Origin: an uncultured virus (IMG/VR IMGVR_UViG_2061766007_000442)
Lineage: Duplodnaviria; Heunggongvirae; Uroviricota; Caudoviricetes
IMG/VR virus record: IMGVR_UViG_2061766007_000442
Length of the DNA: 20,000 nucleotides
Strand: one strand, 5' to 3'
Part shown: one piece after another, positions 1-9,561 of the stretch
Position numbering within the stretch: position 1 is the stretch's first letter
Layout: every line of letters starts with the position of its first letter
Translations under genes and position numbers: made by a program
The notes under the pieces: generated by a model
Databases searched by the model: none
Told to the model about the DNA's origin: nothing
Seen by the model: the letters and a program-made list of their open reading frames with translations, nothing else

Positions 1-1512
1 AAAGATATTTGCGGGTTTACATTAAAAGAAGCTAATGATGCACGAAAGATTTGTGCGAAGAAGCAAATGAATCGTATTGAAGAATTGCATCAAAAAGTTT
101 TAAAGCAAGCGACTTCTCCGAATATCGGCCCTTATATTTGGGAAACCGCGATTAAGCCGCAGATGGGTTATTCATTTAGTTTAATTCATAGTTTGGCATA
201 TAGTTTTGTTGGTTTGCAAACAATTTATCTTGCTACTTATTTTAATCCTGTCTATTGGAATACTGCATGTTTAAGGGTAGATAGTGGACTTGAAGAAGAA
301 GCAAGTACGAACTATGGTAAAATTGCCAAAGCGGTAGGTAATATTATTAATCGTGGTATTGATATGTCATTGATTGATATTAATAAGTCTGGTTATATGT
401 TTGAACCAGATGTAGTTAGTGATAGTATTATTTATGGAATGAAAGCATTAAACGGTGTAGGTGGCGAGATTATTCAACAAATTATTGCAGGTCGTCCATA
501 CGCAAGTTTACAAGACTTTCAAAATAAGGTAAAATGTAATAAGACGGTTATGGTTTCTTTGATTAAGAGCGGAGCATTTGATTCATTCGGTCAAAGAGAA
601 GATATTATGCGGCAGTATATATGGAGTGTTTGTGAACCAAAGAAAAGAATTACACTTCAAAATTTTAATGGTTTAATGGAGAGAGGTTTGATTCCAGAAT
701 CATTAGACTTTCAAAAGAGATTGTTTGTATTTAATAAAGCATTAAAAGCAAATTGTAAGATAGATAAATATTTTAAGTTGCCAGACAATTATTATGAATT
801 TTATGAAGAATTCTTTGATGTTGATTCGGTAAGTATATTTGATGGATTTTTGGTAATAGAACAGACTGTGTGGAAGAAACAGTATGATAAAGGTATGGAT
901 GCCGCCCGCACATATTTTAAACAACATCAGGATGAATTATTGAATAAACTTAATGATAGTTTATTCCAAGAAATGTGGGATAAATATGCAACTGGTAGTT
1001 TGTCAGATTGGGAAATGGATTCATTAGGATTTTATTATCACGACCATCCATTGAAAAATATTGATAAAGCTATGTATAATATTAGTGAATATAATTATTT
1101 ATCCGAAGTGCCAGCGGTTGACTATAAATTTAAGCGTAATGGTATTGATATTCCGATTTTTAAAACTTTAAGAATTGTAGGAACAGTTATTGCAAAAGAT
1201 GATAATAAGTCTAATATTAGTATTCTTACAAATGAAAGTGGAGTAGTAACTGTTAAATTTAGTCGTGATTATTATGCAAAGTATAATCGCCGCATCAGTG
1301 AAGTACAGATAGATGGAACAAAAAAAGTTAAAGAACAGGGATGGTTTACTCGTGGAACTAAAGTTATGTTAAATGGTTTTAGACGAGGAAATATGTTCTT
1401 TACAAAAGCATATAAGAAAACTAATAGTCATCAATTATATAAGATTACTCAAATTAATGATGACGGTACAATTGAATTTACAAATAAACGCTATGGAGAG
1501 GAAGATGAATAA
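1..1512 (+). CDS. dnaE: DNA polymerase III alpha subunit (phage DnaE-like), C-terminal part; 5' end lies outside the window
   Basis: Frame is open from base 1 (KDICGFTLKEANDARKICAKKQ resembles DnaE GFSLGEADLLRRAMGKK). GYSFSLIHSLAYS resembles GYGFNKSHAAAYA. Also contains HhH-like GMKALNGVG, LIKSGAFDSFG, WEMDSLGFYYHDHPL and a C-terminal OB-fold-like region. Ends TAA. All 7 Trp are TGG. Confidence 0.92.
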   Translation, partial: KDICGFTLKEANDARKICAKKQMNRIEELHQKVLKQATSPNIGPYIWETAIKPQMGYSFSLIHSLAYSFVGLQTIYLATYFNPVYWNTACLRVDSGLEEEASTNYGKIAKAVGNIINRGIDMSLIDINKSGYMFEPDVVSDSIIYGMKALNGVGGEIIQQIIAGRPYASLQDFQNKVKCNKTVMVSLIKSGAFDSFGQREDIMRQYIWSVCEPKKRITLQNFNGLMERGLIPESLDFQKRLFVFNKALKANCKIDKYFKLPDNYYEFYEEFFDVDSVSIFDGFLVIEQTVWKKQYDKGMDAARTYFKQHQDELLNKLNDSLFQEMWDKYATGSLSDWEMDSLGFYYHDHPLKNIDKAMYNISEYNYLSEVPAVDYKFKRNGIDIPIFKTLRIVGTVIAKDDNKSNISILTNESGVVTVKFSRDYYAKYNRRISEVQIDGTKKVKEQGWFTRGTKVMLNGFRRGNMFFTKAYKKTNSHQLYKITQINDDGTIEFTNKRYGEEDE

Positions 1513-2122
1513 ACCAATATTAATAGCTATATGCGGCAAGTCCGCCGCAGGTAAGGATAGTCTTGCTAAAGAATTAACAAGAGTATTACTTTACCATAAT
1601 ATTCGTTGTAAGCGATTGATAAGTGATACAACACGTCCTCGACGTATTAATGAAGTGCAAGATATAGATTATCATTTTATTACAGAATATGAATTTAAAC
1701 ATAACATTGCTTTAGAGCGATATATTGAGTTTAGTTATTTTCATCGTTGGTATTATGGTATTAATAAATTTCAGATTCATCCTGACGTTATTAATGTTGG
1801 AGTATTTAATCCAATAGGTATTAGACAATTAGATGAACTACAAAATCTATACAATATTATAGTTGTATATATTGATATGGATTTTAAAGAAAGGATGCGG
1901 CGGTCGATAGCGAGAGAAAATAAATTTAGAATTGAATTTTTAAGACGAGCATTTGCCGACCATCAAGATTTTAATAATATTGAATCTTATATTCAAGATA
2001 GTTTTAGACATAATATTATCTTTAAAAATAGAAAAAATATAGTATTAATGGCTTACTCGATTTATTTTGATATTAGAAATAAACTTGATATAACTAGTGT
2101 GAGCATGGGCAAAAAAGTATAA
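1505..2122 (+). CDS. gmk: Guanylate kinase-like nucleotide kinase
   Basis: ATG at 1505 overlaps the dnaE stop and follows GGAGAGGAAG. P-loop GKSAAGKD, TTRPRRxNExxDxDYHF and WYYG motifs. The ORF-track start at 1373 is unlikely. Confidence 0.85.
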   Translation: MNKPILIAICGKSAAGKDSLAKELTRVLLYHNIRCKRLISDTTRPRRINEVQDIDYHFITEYEFKHNIALERYIEFSYFHRWYYGINKFQIHPDVINVGVFNPIGIRQLDELQNLYNIIVVYIDMDFKERMRRSIARENKFRIEFLRRAFADHQDFNNIESYIQDSFRHNIIFKNRKNIVLMAYSIYFDIRNKLDITSVSMGKKV

Positions 2123-2177
2123 TCTGTATTTTGTGGTTTTTAAATATTATGTTATACAAAAAATACAAAATATAGTG
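2122..2177 (+). promoter_or_regulatory. Candidate tandem NrdR boxes upstream of nrdD
   Basis: TACAAAATATAGTG (2164-2177) matches 12/14 of the CACWAYATMTWGTG core. A weaker ATCTGTATTTTGTG (2122-2135, 10/14) lies 42 bp upstream. Both directly precede an RNR gene. Confidence 0.5.
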
Positions 2178-2185
2178 GGGTGATT

Positions 2186-4339
2186 ATGAGAATTAAAGTT
2201 ATTAAGCGAGACGGTACAAAAGTTAAATATAATCCTGAAAAAATCGCTATCGCTATATCTGGAGCTTTTCAAGATTTAGGTAAAGAATTTGACGATGTGG
2301 TTGTTTTAGAAGATATTGAAGCTGCTATTAAAAATCTACATCAAAAAAATATTGATATAGAGAAAATTCAAGATATTGTAGAAGATGCATTAATTGATAA
2401 TGGATATATTGAAGAGGCTAAGGCTTACATTCGATATAGACACGAGCGTGAACTAATTAGAAAAAAGAAATTAGAACTTAGTGTTACTGAAAAACTACTA
2501 GCCTCTAATGTTCAAAATCAAAATGCTAATGTAGATGAATATTCCTTTGGCGGCCGCAAAGGCGAAGTAGATAATGTTATTATGAAACAATATGCATTAG
2601 AACATATTGTTTCTAAGATGGCTAGAGAGAATCATCTGAATAATGAAATTTATATTCACGATTTAGATTCTTATGCAGTAGGTATGCACAATTGTCTATC
2701 TATTCCTTTTGATGATTTGCTTGCTAATGGTTTTAATACAAGACAAACTGATGTGCGGCCTGCTAATAGTATTAATACAGCTATGCAGCTTGTTGCAGTT
2801 ATCTTTCAGTTACAATCTCTACAACAATTTGGTGGAGTTGCCGCGACGCACATTGATTGGACAATGGTGCCTTATGTGCGGAAGTCCTTCTACAAACATT
2901 TCTTAGACGGATTAAAATATTGCGAAGCTGGTATCTCTGCCAATGTAAATAATGAAATGTCAGTTATGGATGAAAATTATAAAATGCATCCGGCTGCTTA
3001 TAAATATGCAATTGATATGACAGAGAAAGAAACATATCAAGCAGTAGAAGGTATGTATCATAATTTAAATACTTTACAAAGTAGAAGTGGTAATCAACTA
3101 CCTTTTACTTCTATTAATTATGGTACATGCACAAGTCCAGAAGGACGTTTAGTAACTAAGGCTTTGCTTGATGTAAGTATTAAAGGTCTTGGTAAGTTAC
3201 ATAAAACAAGCATCTTCCCGTGTGGAATCTTTCAGTGTATGGAAGGTGTCAACCGCAAACCTGGTGACCCAAATTATGATTTATTTAGACTAGCCCTTAA
3301 ATCAACAGCACAAAGACTATATCCAAATTATGCTAATGTTGATTGGTCTGGTAATGCTGGGTATGATATTAATGACCCCCGCACATATTTTAGTACAATG
3401 GGTTGCCGCACAGCTAACGGTTGGGATATTAATGGTTTTGGACAATTAAAGGATGGCCGTGGGAATATCTGTCCTGTTACTATTATTCTTCCTACTTTGG
3501 CTATGGAAGCTAAAGGGAATGTTGATACGTTTTTTGACCTATTGGATATTAAAATTCAAGAAGCGAAAGACATGCTTATAGAAAGATTTGAATGGATTTG
3601 TAGTCAAGACCCCAAGTCTGCTTCATTTATGTATGAAAATAATACAATGGCAGGATACGTGCCAGAAGAAGGTATTCGTTCAGCTCTTAAGCATGGTACA
3701 ATTGTAATTGGTCAACTTGGTCTAGCAGAAACACTTCAAATTTTAATTGGATGCGACCATACTGAAGAAAAAGGTATGGAATTAGCCAAGAGAATTGAAC
3801 AATTATTTAAAGATAGGTGCGCGCAGTTTAAAGAAGAATATAAATTGAATTTTGGAGTTTACTACACCCCCGCAGAAAATCTTTGTTATACTGCGATGCA
3901 GAAATTTAAAGATAAGTATGGTATTATTGAGAATGTTAGTGATAAAGATTTCTTTACTAATAGTATGCATGTACCAGTATGGAAGAAGATTACGCCTTTT
4001 GAGAAGATTGATATTGAGTCTCAATTAACTGGCTATAGTAGTGCAGGTTGTATTACATATGTAGAACTAGAATCTACAGTTAAACATAATATTGATGCAC
4101 TTGAAAGAATTGTTAATTATGCGATGGATAAAGATATACCTTACTTCGCAATTAATGTTCCAAATGACACATGTTTAGATTGTGGATATTGTGATGAATT
4201 CAATGATGAATGTCCTGTGTGCGGCAGTCACAATATTCAACAGCTTCGCAGAGTTACTGGTTATCTAACAGGTAACTATAAAACTGCTTTTAATCAAGGC
4301 AAACAAAAAGAAGTACAGATGCGAACTAAACATGAGTAG
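2186..4339 (+). CDS. nrdD: Anaerobic (class III) ribonucleoside-triphosphate reductase with N-terminal ATP cone
   Basis: ATP cone (VIKRDGTKVKYNPEKIAIAI), IYIHDLD, NCL, MGCRT, TPAENLC, C-terminal CLDC..CPVC Zn site and glycyl-radical RRVTGYL. ATG at 2186 follows GGGGTG (alternative GTG start at 2180). Ends TAG. Confidence 0.97.
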   Translation: MRIKVIKRDGTKVKYNPEKIAIAISGAFQDLGKEFDDVVVLEDIEAAIKNLHQKNIDIEKIQDIVEDALIDNGYIEEAKAYIRYRHERELIRKKKLELSVTEKLLASNVQNQNANVDEYSFGGRKGEVDNVIMKQYALEHIVSKMARENHLNNEIYIHDLDSYAVGMHNCLSIPFDDLLANGFNTRQTDVRPANSINTAMQLVAVIFQLQSLQQFGGVAATHIDWTMVPYVRKSFYKHFLDGLKYCEAGISANVNNEMSVMDENYKMHPAAYKYAIDMTEKETYQAVEGMYHNLNTLQSRSGNQLPFTSINYGTCTSPEGRLVTKALLDVSIKGLGKLHKTSIFPCGIFQCMEGVNRKPGDPNYDLFRLALKSTAQRLYPNYANVDWSGNAGYDINDPRTYFSTMGCRTANGWDINGFGQLKDGRGNICPVTIILPTLAMEAKGNVDTFFDLLDIKIQEAKDMLIERFEWICSQDPKSASFMYENNTMAGYVPEEGIRSALKHGTIVIGQLGLAETLQILIGCDHTEEKGMELAKRIEQLFKDRCAQFKEEYKLNFGVYYTPAENLCYTAMQKFKDKYGIIENVSDKDFFTNSMHVPVWKKITPFEKIDIESQLTGYSSAGCITYVELESTVKHNIDALERIVNYAMDKDIPYFAINVPNDTCLDCGYCDEFNDECPVCGSHNIQQLRRVTGYLTGNYKTAFNQGKQKEVQMRTKHE

Positions 4340-4345
4340 GTTATT

Positions 4346-4852
4346 ATGAGATATAATGCAATACAAAGATGTGAATATATTAATGGTAATGATATAGGTG
4401 TATCATTATATATCCAAGGATGCTCTATTAGGTGCGAAGGATGTTTTAATCCTGAAACTTGGGATTTTGAGGGCGGACAAGAATTTGATAGTGCAGCTTA
4501 TGCAAAATTAAATGAATTACTTAATAAACCTTATATTACTAGATTTTCTATTCTTGGCGGAGAACCATTAGAAAGATGCAATTGGGATGATTTAAATAAA
4601 CTGTTATGTCAGTTGCAAGAGTCTAAACCAGGACTAAAAATTTGGCTCTATACGGGCTATACCTACGAATTTCTAATGACTCTTATAGACGAATGGCGCA
4701 TCAAATGGCCTAAGTTTAATGATGCTTTTCTTTTAGAATCAATTTTAGAAAAAGTAGATGTATTAGTCGCTGGGCCTTTCATCCAAGAGGAACAAGATAA
4801 ATCATTACCTTTTAGGGGCAGCCGCAATCAAAAAATTATTGAACTAAATTAA
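4346..4852 (+). CDS. nrdG: Anaerobic RNR activating enzyme (radical SAM)
   Basis: GCSIRCEGCFNPETWDF (CxxxCxxC), ILGGEPL, IWLYTGY and FRGSRNQ motifs; immediately follows nrdD. Confidence 0.96.
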   Translation: MRYNAIQRCEYINGNDIGVSLYIQGCSIRCEGCFNPETWDFEGGQEFDSAAYAKLNELLNKPYITRFSILGGEPLERCNWDDLNKLLCQLQESKPGLKIWLYTGYTYEFLMTLIDEWRIKWPKFNDAFLLESILEKVDVLVAGPFIQEEQDKSLPFRGSRNQKIIELN

Positions 4853-4855
4853 AAT

Positions 4856-4889
4856 AACGGGTAGCTATATGCTACCCGTTTTATTATTT
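4856..4889 (+). terminator. Rho-independent terminator after nrdG
   Basis: 10-bp stem AACGGGTAGC / GCTACCCGTT with loop TATAT, followed by T-rich TTATTATTT. Confidence 0.85.
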
Positions 4890-4916
4890 GACAAAATATT
4901 TTTTTCTTGTTATAAT
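4888..4916 (+). promoter_or_regulatory. Consensus sigma70/sigmaA promoter with extended -10
   Basis: TTGACA (4888-4893), 17-bp spacer, TGn-TATAAT (4911-4916), about 30 nt before ATG 4947. Confidence 0.9.
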
Positions 4917-4946
4917 TATATTAATGAGGAAATAGAAAGGTTTTTT

Positions 4947-5327
4947 ATGTCGAATAAAGTTGTAGTTGGTTCATTATATGAAATGAATCAGCAATTATTT
5001 AAACAAATGGCACTACCTAGCAAGAAAAAAATAGATTTAGATTTTGCTAATATAGGTGCGTGATTCTCTTCGCATAAAGATATAAAATATTATATGCTTT
5101 TATGTAAAGAACGCTCAGATTATACAGTTTTTCATTTTAATGATTTTAATTTTAATAAAGCCGTAGATGAATTAAAAGCTACATTAGAAGAACGTGGCGA
5201 TATTATGGGTATTGATTATATTCATGGCGACGATGTATTCCAATGCTGGGTGCGGGAGCGCGGTGAAGACCCTGATGTATATATGTTTATGTTATTTGAT
5301 GCCAATTGAATGGTAGTTGAAATATAA
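4947..5327 (+). CDS. Phage hypothetical protein, 126 aa (TGA=Trp)
   Basis: ORF-track pieces 4869-5063 and 5094-5309 are in one frame, joined by TGA at 5061 and 5307 (IGA-W-FSSHKDIKYYMLLC...FDAN-W-MVVEI). SD GAAAGG; TAA overlaps the next ATG (TAATG). Confidence 0.8.
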
Positions 5328-5815
5328 TGATAGAACAAAACAAACAATATGGTCATTTAATTGTTTTGTATCCAGAAGATATTAATGAAGGTTCACATCC
5401 TCGTAAAATGTGAACCTGTAAATGTGCTTGCGGAAATGTTATATTGTTAACAGAGTTTGAAATTTTAAATGAACATTGTCAAAGAGCATGTCTTGATAGT
5501 CGTGGAGAAATATGCGCCGCCGATTTCTTTGATGAATTAAATATAGAGTATCAAGCCATGAAACGCTTTGATGATTTTGAATATGCTTTTGATTTTTACC
5601 TGCCCGCATACAATATTGCTATAGAATGTGATGGCGCTCAACATTTTAGAACTAAAAATAGTGAATGAATGTCACAATTTAAATTGCAAGAAATGCGGGA
5701 TAGGGACGATGCTAAGACAAAATATTGTAAAGATCATGGTATTTTGTTATACAGAATTTCATTTTGAGATCATAGTAAATTTGAAGAATTAAGGGAGCGA
5801 TTTAGTTGAAATTAG
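5327..5815 (+). CDS. Zn-ribbon + Vsr/DUF559-like PD-(D/E)XK endonuclease (homing-endonuclease-like), 162 aa (TGA=Trp)
   Basis: YGHLIV...W-TCKCACGN, FDFYLPAYNIAIECDGAQH and RDDAKTKYCKDHGILLYRISF-W. In-frame TGA at 5411, 5666, 5765 and 5807. Ends TAG. Confidence 0.75.
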
Positions 5816-6084
5816 TAGTTTGAGCTTATCCTTTAACAGCTATTAATATACAACTGGTAAATAGTTTTGACCAACCAGTTGATGATGTTCCAATAGAAGA
5901 ACAATCTGTATGGATGGATGATGTAATCCCCACTATTAAAAAGATGATTGACTTGCGGGACGTCGATGAAGTGTGCGTAATAGGACCGGCACAGTTTACA
6001 GAGCGTATTAAAGAAAAAATAGAAATGAATTTTCCAAATCTAGATGTATTTTTAGGAGACACAAATGTTAAAATTTCTAATTAA
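5806..6084 (+). CDS. Hypothetical protein, 92 aa (TTG start, TGA=Trp); missing from the ORF track
   Basis: SD AAGGGAG (5791-5797), TTG start, MKLVV-W-AYPLTAINIQ...VKISN-TAA. One TGA at 5821. Fills the gap between neighbours with short overlaps. Confidence 0.65.
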
Positions 6085-6340
6085 ATCTACAAATGAGGTT
6101 CGTGTTGCAACTAAGGATGAAGCTGACGAACTCCATAAGGAACTAGAAAAAGAAGCGCAGGATAATGGTTACACTCTTGCGGCCTGGTCTGAAATGCACA
6201 AAGATAGAAAAGCCCAAGGTGAAATTGTTGAAGAGTGGATGATTTGTAAATGGACTTTTGTATTTAATGATGCCAAAAATCCTGTAGATGCTTATAATAA
6301 GATTACTTATGATTTTTATAAAGTTGGAGAGCAATTTTAA
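6065..6340 (+). CDS. Phage hypothetical protein, 91 aa
   Basis: SD AGGAG; TAATG coupling to dut; 3 Trp, all TGG. Confidence 0.75.
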   Translation: MLKFLIKSTNEVRVATKDEADELHKELEKEAQDNGYTLAAWSEMHKDRKAQGEIVEEWMICKWTFVFNDAKNPVDAYNKITYDFYKVGEQF

Positions 6341-6888
6341 TGAGTGAAATATTAATGCCTAATGATTTTAATACACCACCTGTAGATTTGTCTATGGGCG
6401 TGCCTTTAGGTGCGGGTGCTCCGCAAATGATTACAGAAGAACAATTAATGGAAATGCTTAATCCCACTTTTGAAATCAGAATTAAGTATCTTGATGGAGC
6501 TACGCCTTTACAAAAAATTGAACAAGGTGATTGGATAGACTTATATACCTATGAAGATGTAGAATTACATGCGGGCGAGCATAGTTATATTAATCTAGGA
6601 GTAGCTATGGAGTTGTCACTAGGGTTTGAAGCAATTGTGGCTCCCCGCAGTTCCACTTTTAAAAAGTGGGGCATTTTACAAGCAAACAGTATTGGTATTA
6701 TAGACCACAGTTATTGCGGCGACGATGATATTTGGAAGTTCTCTGCATATGCAGTAAGAGATACAAGCATCCCCGCAGGTACAAGAATTTGTCAGTTTAG
6801 AATTCAGCAGGTGCAACCCAAGATTAAATTTACTTCTGTTTCTACTCTTGGAAATGCCCAGCGTGGAGGATTTGGTAGTACAGGATAA
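6340..6888 (+). CDS. dut: Trimeric dUTPase with ~40-aa N-terminal extension
   Basis: Motifs DWIDLY, PRSS, GIIDHSYCG, RICQF and RGGFGSTG. Confidence 0.93.
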   Translation: MSEILMPNDFNTPPVDLSMGVPLGAGAPQMITEEQLMEMLNPTFEIRIKYLDGATPLQKIEQGDWIDLYTYEDVELHAGEHSYINLGVAMELSLGFEAIVAPRSSTFKKWGILQANSIGIIDHSYCGDDDIWKFSAYAVRDTSIPAGTRICQFRIQQVQPKIKFTSVSTLGNAQRGGFGSTG

Positions 6889-7654
6889 TGGATTATTTAG
6901 AACATCACATAGTAGATCATTGTAATTTAAAGTGTGCAGGGTGTTCACATTTTAGTTGTTTAGCCGAACCTTGATTTGAAGATATACAGGATTTTACTAG
7001 AGATTTTGATGTATTAGCGCAAAAAACCAATCAAAATGTAGGGTGTATAAGACTTATGGGCGGAGAACCATTATTACATTCTAATTATAAAGAATTTTTA
7101 ATTATTGCTAGACAATTATTTCCATATAGTAATATTCAAATTGTTACAAATGGAATATTATTACCAAAATATCACGATGAATTAGTATCTATATGTAATA
7201 ATAATAATATTCAAATTTGTATTAGTAACTATGGTTTANNNNNNNNNNNNNNNNNNNNNNNNNNNNNNNNNATTTTAAATATAAACGAATAGATGATAAA
7301 AACCATTTATATAATATTTCATTTAATTTACAAGGATGTTTTGATGTTATAGATTCTTTTAATAATTGTGATTTACATATAAATCATTGATATTATTTTC
7401 AATATGGTAGATTTTATCCTTGTTGTATAGCTGCTAATTTACATTATTTTGAACAATATTTTAATATAGAAATGTGTGATTGAGATTTAGAAGAAGTATC
7501 TATATCTATACATAATAATTCTATATTAGAAATAGAACAATTTTTAAATAAATCTATACCATTATGTAAATTTTGTGATACTCGTTCGCGGCCGCATACA
7601 TATAAGCCTTTTTCTGTGACGAAAGGAGATATAAAAGAATGGATATGTCCATAA
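6888..7654 (+). CDS. Radical SAM protein with Cys-rich C-terminal region (TGA=Trp; spans N gap 7239-7271)
   Basis: ATG overlaps the dut stop. HCNLKCAGCSHF (CxxxCxxC), LMGGEPLLH and IVTNG. After the gap (different frame, gap length is an estimate): C..GRFYPCC..PLCKFCD..IKEWICP-TAA. TGA at 6972, 7388 and 7481. Confidence 0.85.
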
Positions 7655-8253
7655 TTGTTCCTTGTCACAATTTAGAATCCTATATTACTCCATTATTAGT
7701 ATCACTAAGATTACAAGATATAGGTAATTATGAGGTAGAAGTAATTTTTGTATGTGATAATTGTAATGATAATACTAAAACCATTATAGAACAATTTAAG
7801 TTTGATTATTTAATAAAACATATAATAGAATGTAATGTTCAATCATGTGGTTTAGCTAGAAATGAAGGTATGAAGATAGCTAAAGGCAAATATATATGAT
7901 TTATTGATGGCGATGATTGAATTATTAATAATCGAGCAATCTTTAAAATTATTAATTTTATGGATGAAACACGATTTAAAGTAATACGTTTTGGATATGA
8001 GTGTCCGCCAACATTTCGATATAAAGGATATTTTTCAATGGTTTGGCAATATGCCTATAGAAAAAATTTTATTAAATATACACCTTTTGTAAAAATGCAA
8101 CCTTCAGAAGATGTAGTATTTCAAAAAAAAGTTGTTAAAAAATTAGGTACTAAAGATATTCCAATGTTAAAAGAAAATTTATATTATTATAATTATATGC
8201 GGCCAGGATCAAATATGTATCAATATAGAAAAACTAGGAAAATAGAGCAATAA
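7639..8253 (+). CDS. Glycosyltransferase family 2 (GT-A), 204 aa (TGA=Trp)
   Basis: SIIVPCHN, ARNEGMKIAKGKYI-W-FIDGDD-W (TGA 7897, 7918), SEDVVF and YYYNYMRPGS. SD AAGGAG. Confidence 0.9.
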
Positions 8254-8745
8254 ATGATATATTTAGCATTAGATCAAGCATTACAAACAACAGGTTGAGC
8301 TATCTTTAATGATGGTCAATTGGTTAATCATGGTCATTTTAGTATTCCCGCTAATAAACCAATAGAACAACGTTTGTTAATGATAATGAAAAAATTATCT
8401 GAACTTGAAAATGAATTTGAATTTGAAAATTTATTTTTTGAGGATATACAGTCCCAACAAAATAAGGAAACATATAAAAAATTAGCATATGTGCAAGCTG
8501 CAATTTTAATTTGATGTTATAATACTGAACATAAATTTACAATTTTATCTCCCAGTCATTGGCGGTCAGTGTTAAAAGATAAGTATAAAATTAGTTTTGG
8601 TAGAGCTCGTGCAGAACAAAAAAAAGCCGCACAAGATTTAGTGCGGCAGCAATTTAATTTTGAAGCTACAGAAGATGAATGTGATGCTATCTGTATAGGA
8701 TTAGCTGGATTAATTGAGAATCAAAAAACCAAATCAGCATTTTAA
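8254..8745 (+). CDS. RuvC-like Holliday junction resolvase, 163 aa (TGA=Trp)
   Basis: YLALDQALQTTG-W-AIF (TGA 8296), FFEDIQ, PSHWR, EQK and EDECDAICIG give the D-E-D-D acidic tetrad. Second TGA at 8512. Ends TAA. Confidence 0.85.
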
Positions 8746-8755
8746 ATTTAGACAT

Positions 8756-8792
8756 AAAAAAATAGCCCCCGTATTAACGGGGGCTTATTTTT
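8756..8792. terminator. Bidirectional Rho-independent terminator between the convergent modules
   Basis: Stem AGCCCCCGT / ACGGGGGCT with loop ATTA, flanked by an A-tract (5') and a T-tract (3'). Confidence 0.9.
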
Positions 8793-8797
8793 ATATC

Positions 8798-9543
8798 TTA
8801 GTATGGTGCCTTTTTCTTNNNNNNNNNNNNNNNNNNNNNNNNNNNNNNNNNNNNNNNNNNNNNNNNNNNNNNNNNNNNNNNNNNNNNNNNNNNNNNNNNN
8901 NNNNNNNNNNNNNNNNNNNNNNNNNNNNNNNNNNNNNNNNNNNNNNNNNNNNNNNNNNNNNNNNNNNNNNNNNNNNNNNNNNNNNNNNNNNNNNNNNNNN
9001 NNNNNNNNNNNNNNNNNNNNNNNNNNNNNNNNNNNNNNNNNNNNNNNNNNNNNNNNNNNNNNNNNNNNNNNNNNNNNNNNNNNNNNNNNNNNNNNNNNNN
9101 NNNNNNNNNNNNNNNNNNNNNNNNNNNNNNNNNNNNNNNNNNNNNNNNNNNNNNNNNNNNNNNNNNNNNNNNNNNNNNNNNNNNNNNNNNNNNNNNNNNN
9201 NNNNNNNNNNNNNNNNNNNNNNNNNNNNNNNNNNNNNNNNNNNNNNNNNNNNNNNNNNNNNNNNNNNNNNNNNNNNNNNNNNNNNNNNNNNNNNNNNNNN
9301 NNNNNNNNNNNNNNNNNNNNNNNNNNNNNNNNNNNNNNNNNNNNNNNNNNNNNNNNNNNNNNNNNNNNNNNNNNNNNNNNNNNNNNNNNNNNNNNNCTTT
9401 CATTTTACGCCATCTGTTGTGCCCTCTAAATAACCTTTACCAGTTTGACCTTGACGGGCATTGGCGCTCATGGTATAGCCGAAGCGACTATCATTACACA
9501 TAGCTTTATGAATTGCGGCAGCAATTTTACCATAATCAGCCAT
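8798..9543 (-). CDS. Endolysin, copy A (N-terminus visible, body hidden in gap 8819-9396, probable end KKKAPY-TAA)
   Basis: MADYGKIAAAIHKAMCNDSRFGYTMSANARQGQTGKGYLEGTTDGVK-W-K is identical in the overlap to the endolysin at 11448-11359. SD AAGGAGAG. Linkage to the 8798 stop is inferred across the gap. Confidence 0.6.
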
Positions 9544-9561
9544 TTACTTCTCTCCTTTTAT

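Noticed and set aside
1373..1504. ORF-track N-terminal extension of the guanylate kinase
   Set aside because: It overlaps dnaE by 140 nt. ATG 1505 has a good SD and places the P-loop at its normal N-terminal position.
7239..7292. Programmed or inactivating frameshift in the radical SAM gene
   Set aside because: The frame change coincides with an N gap of estimated length, and both sides read as intact coding sequence.
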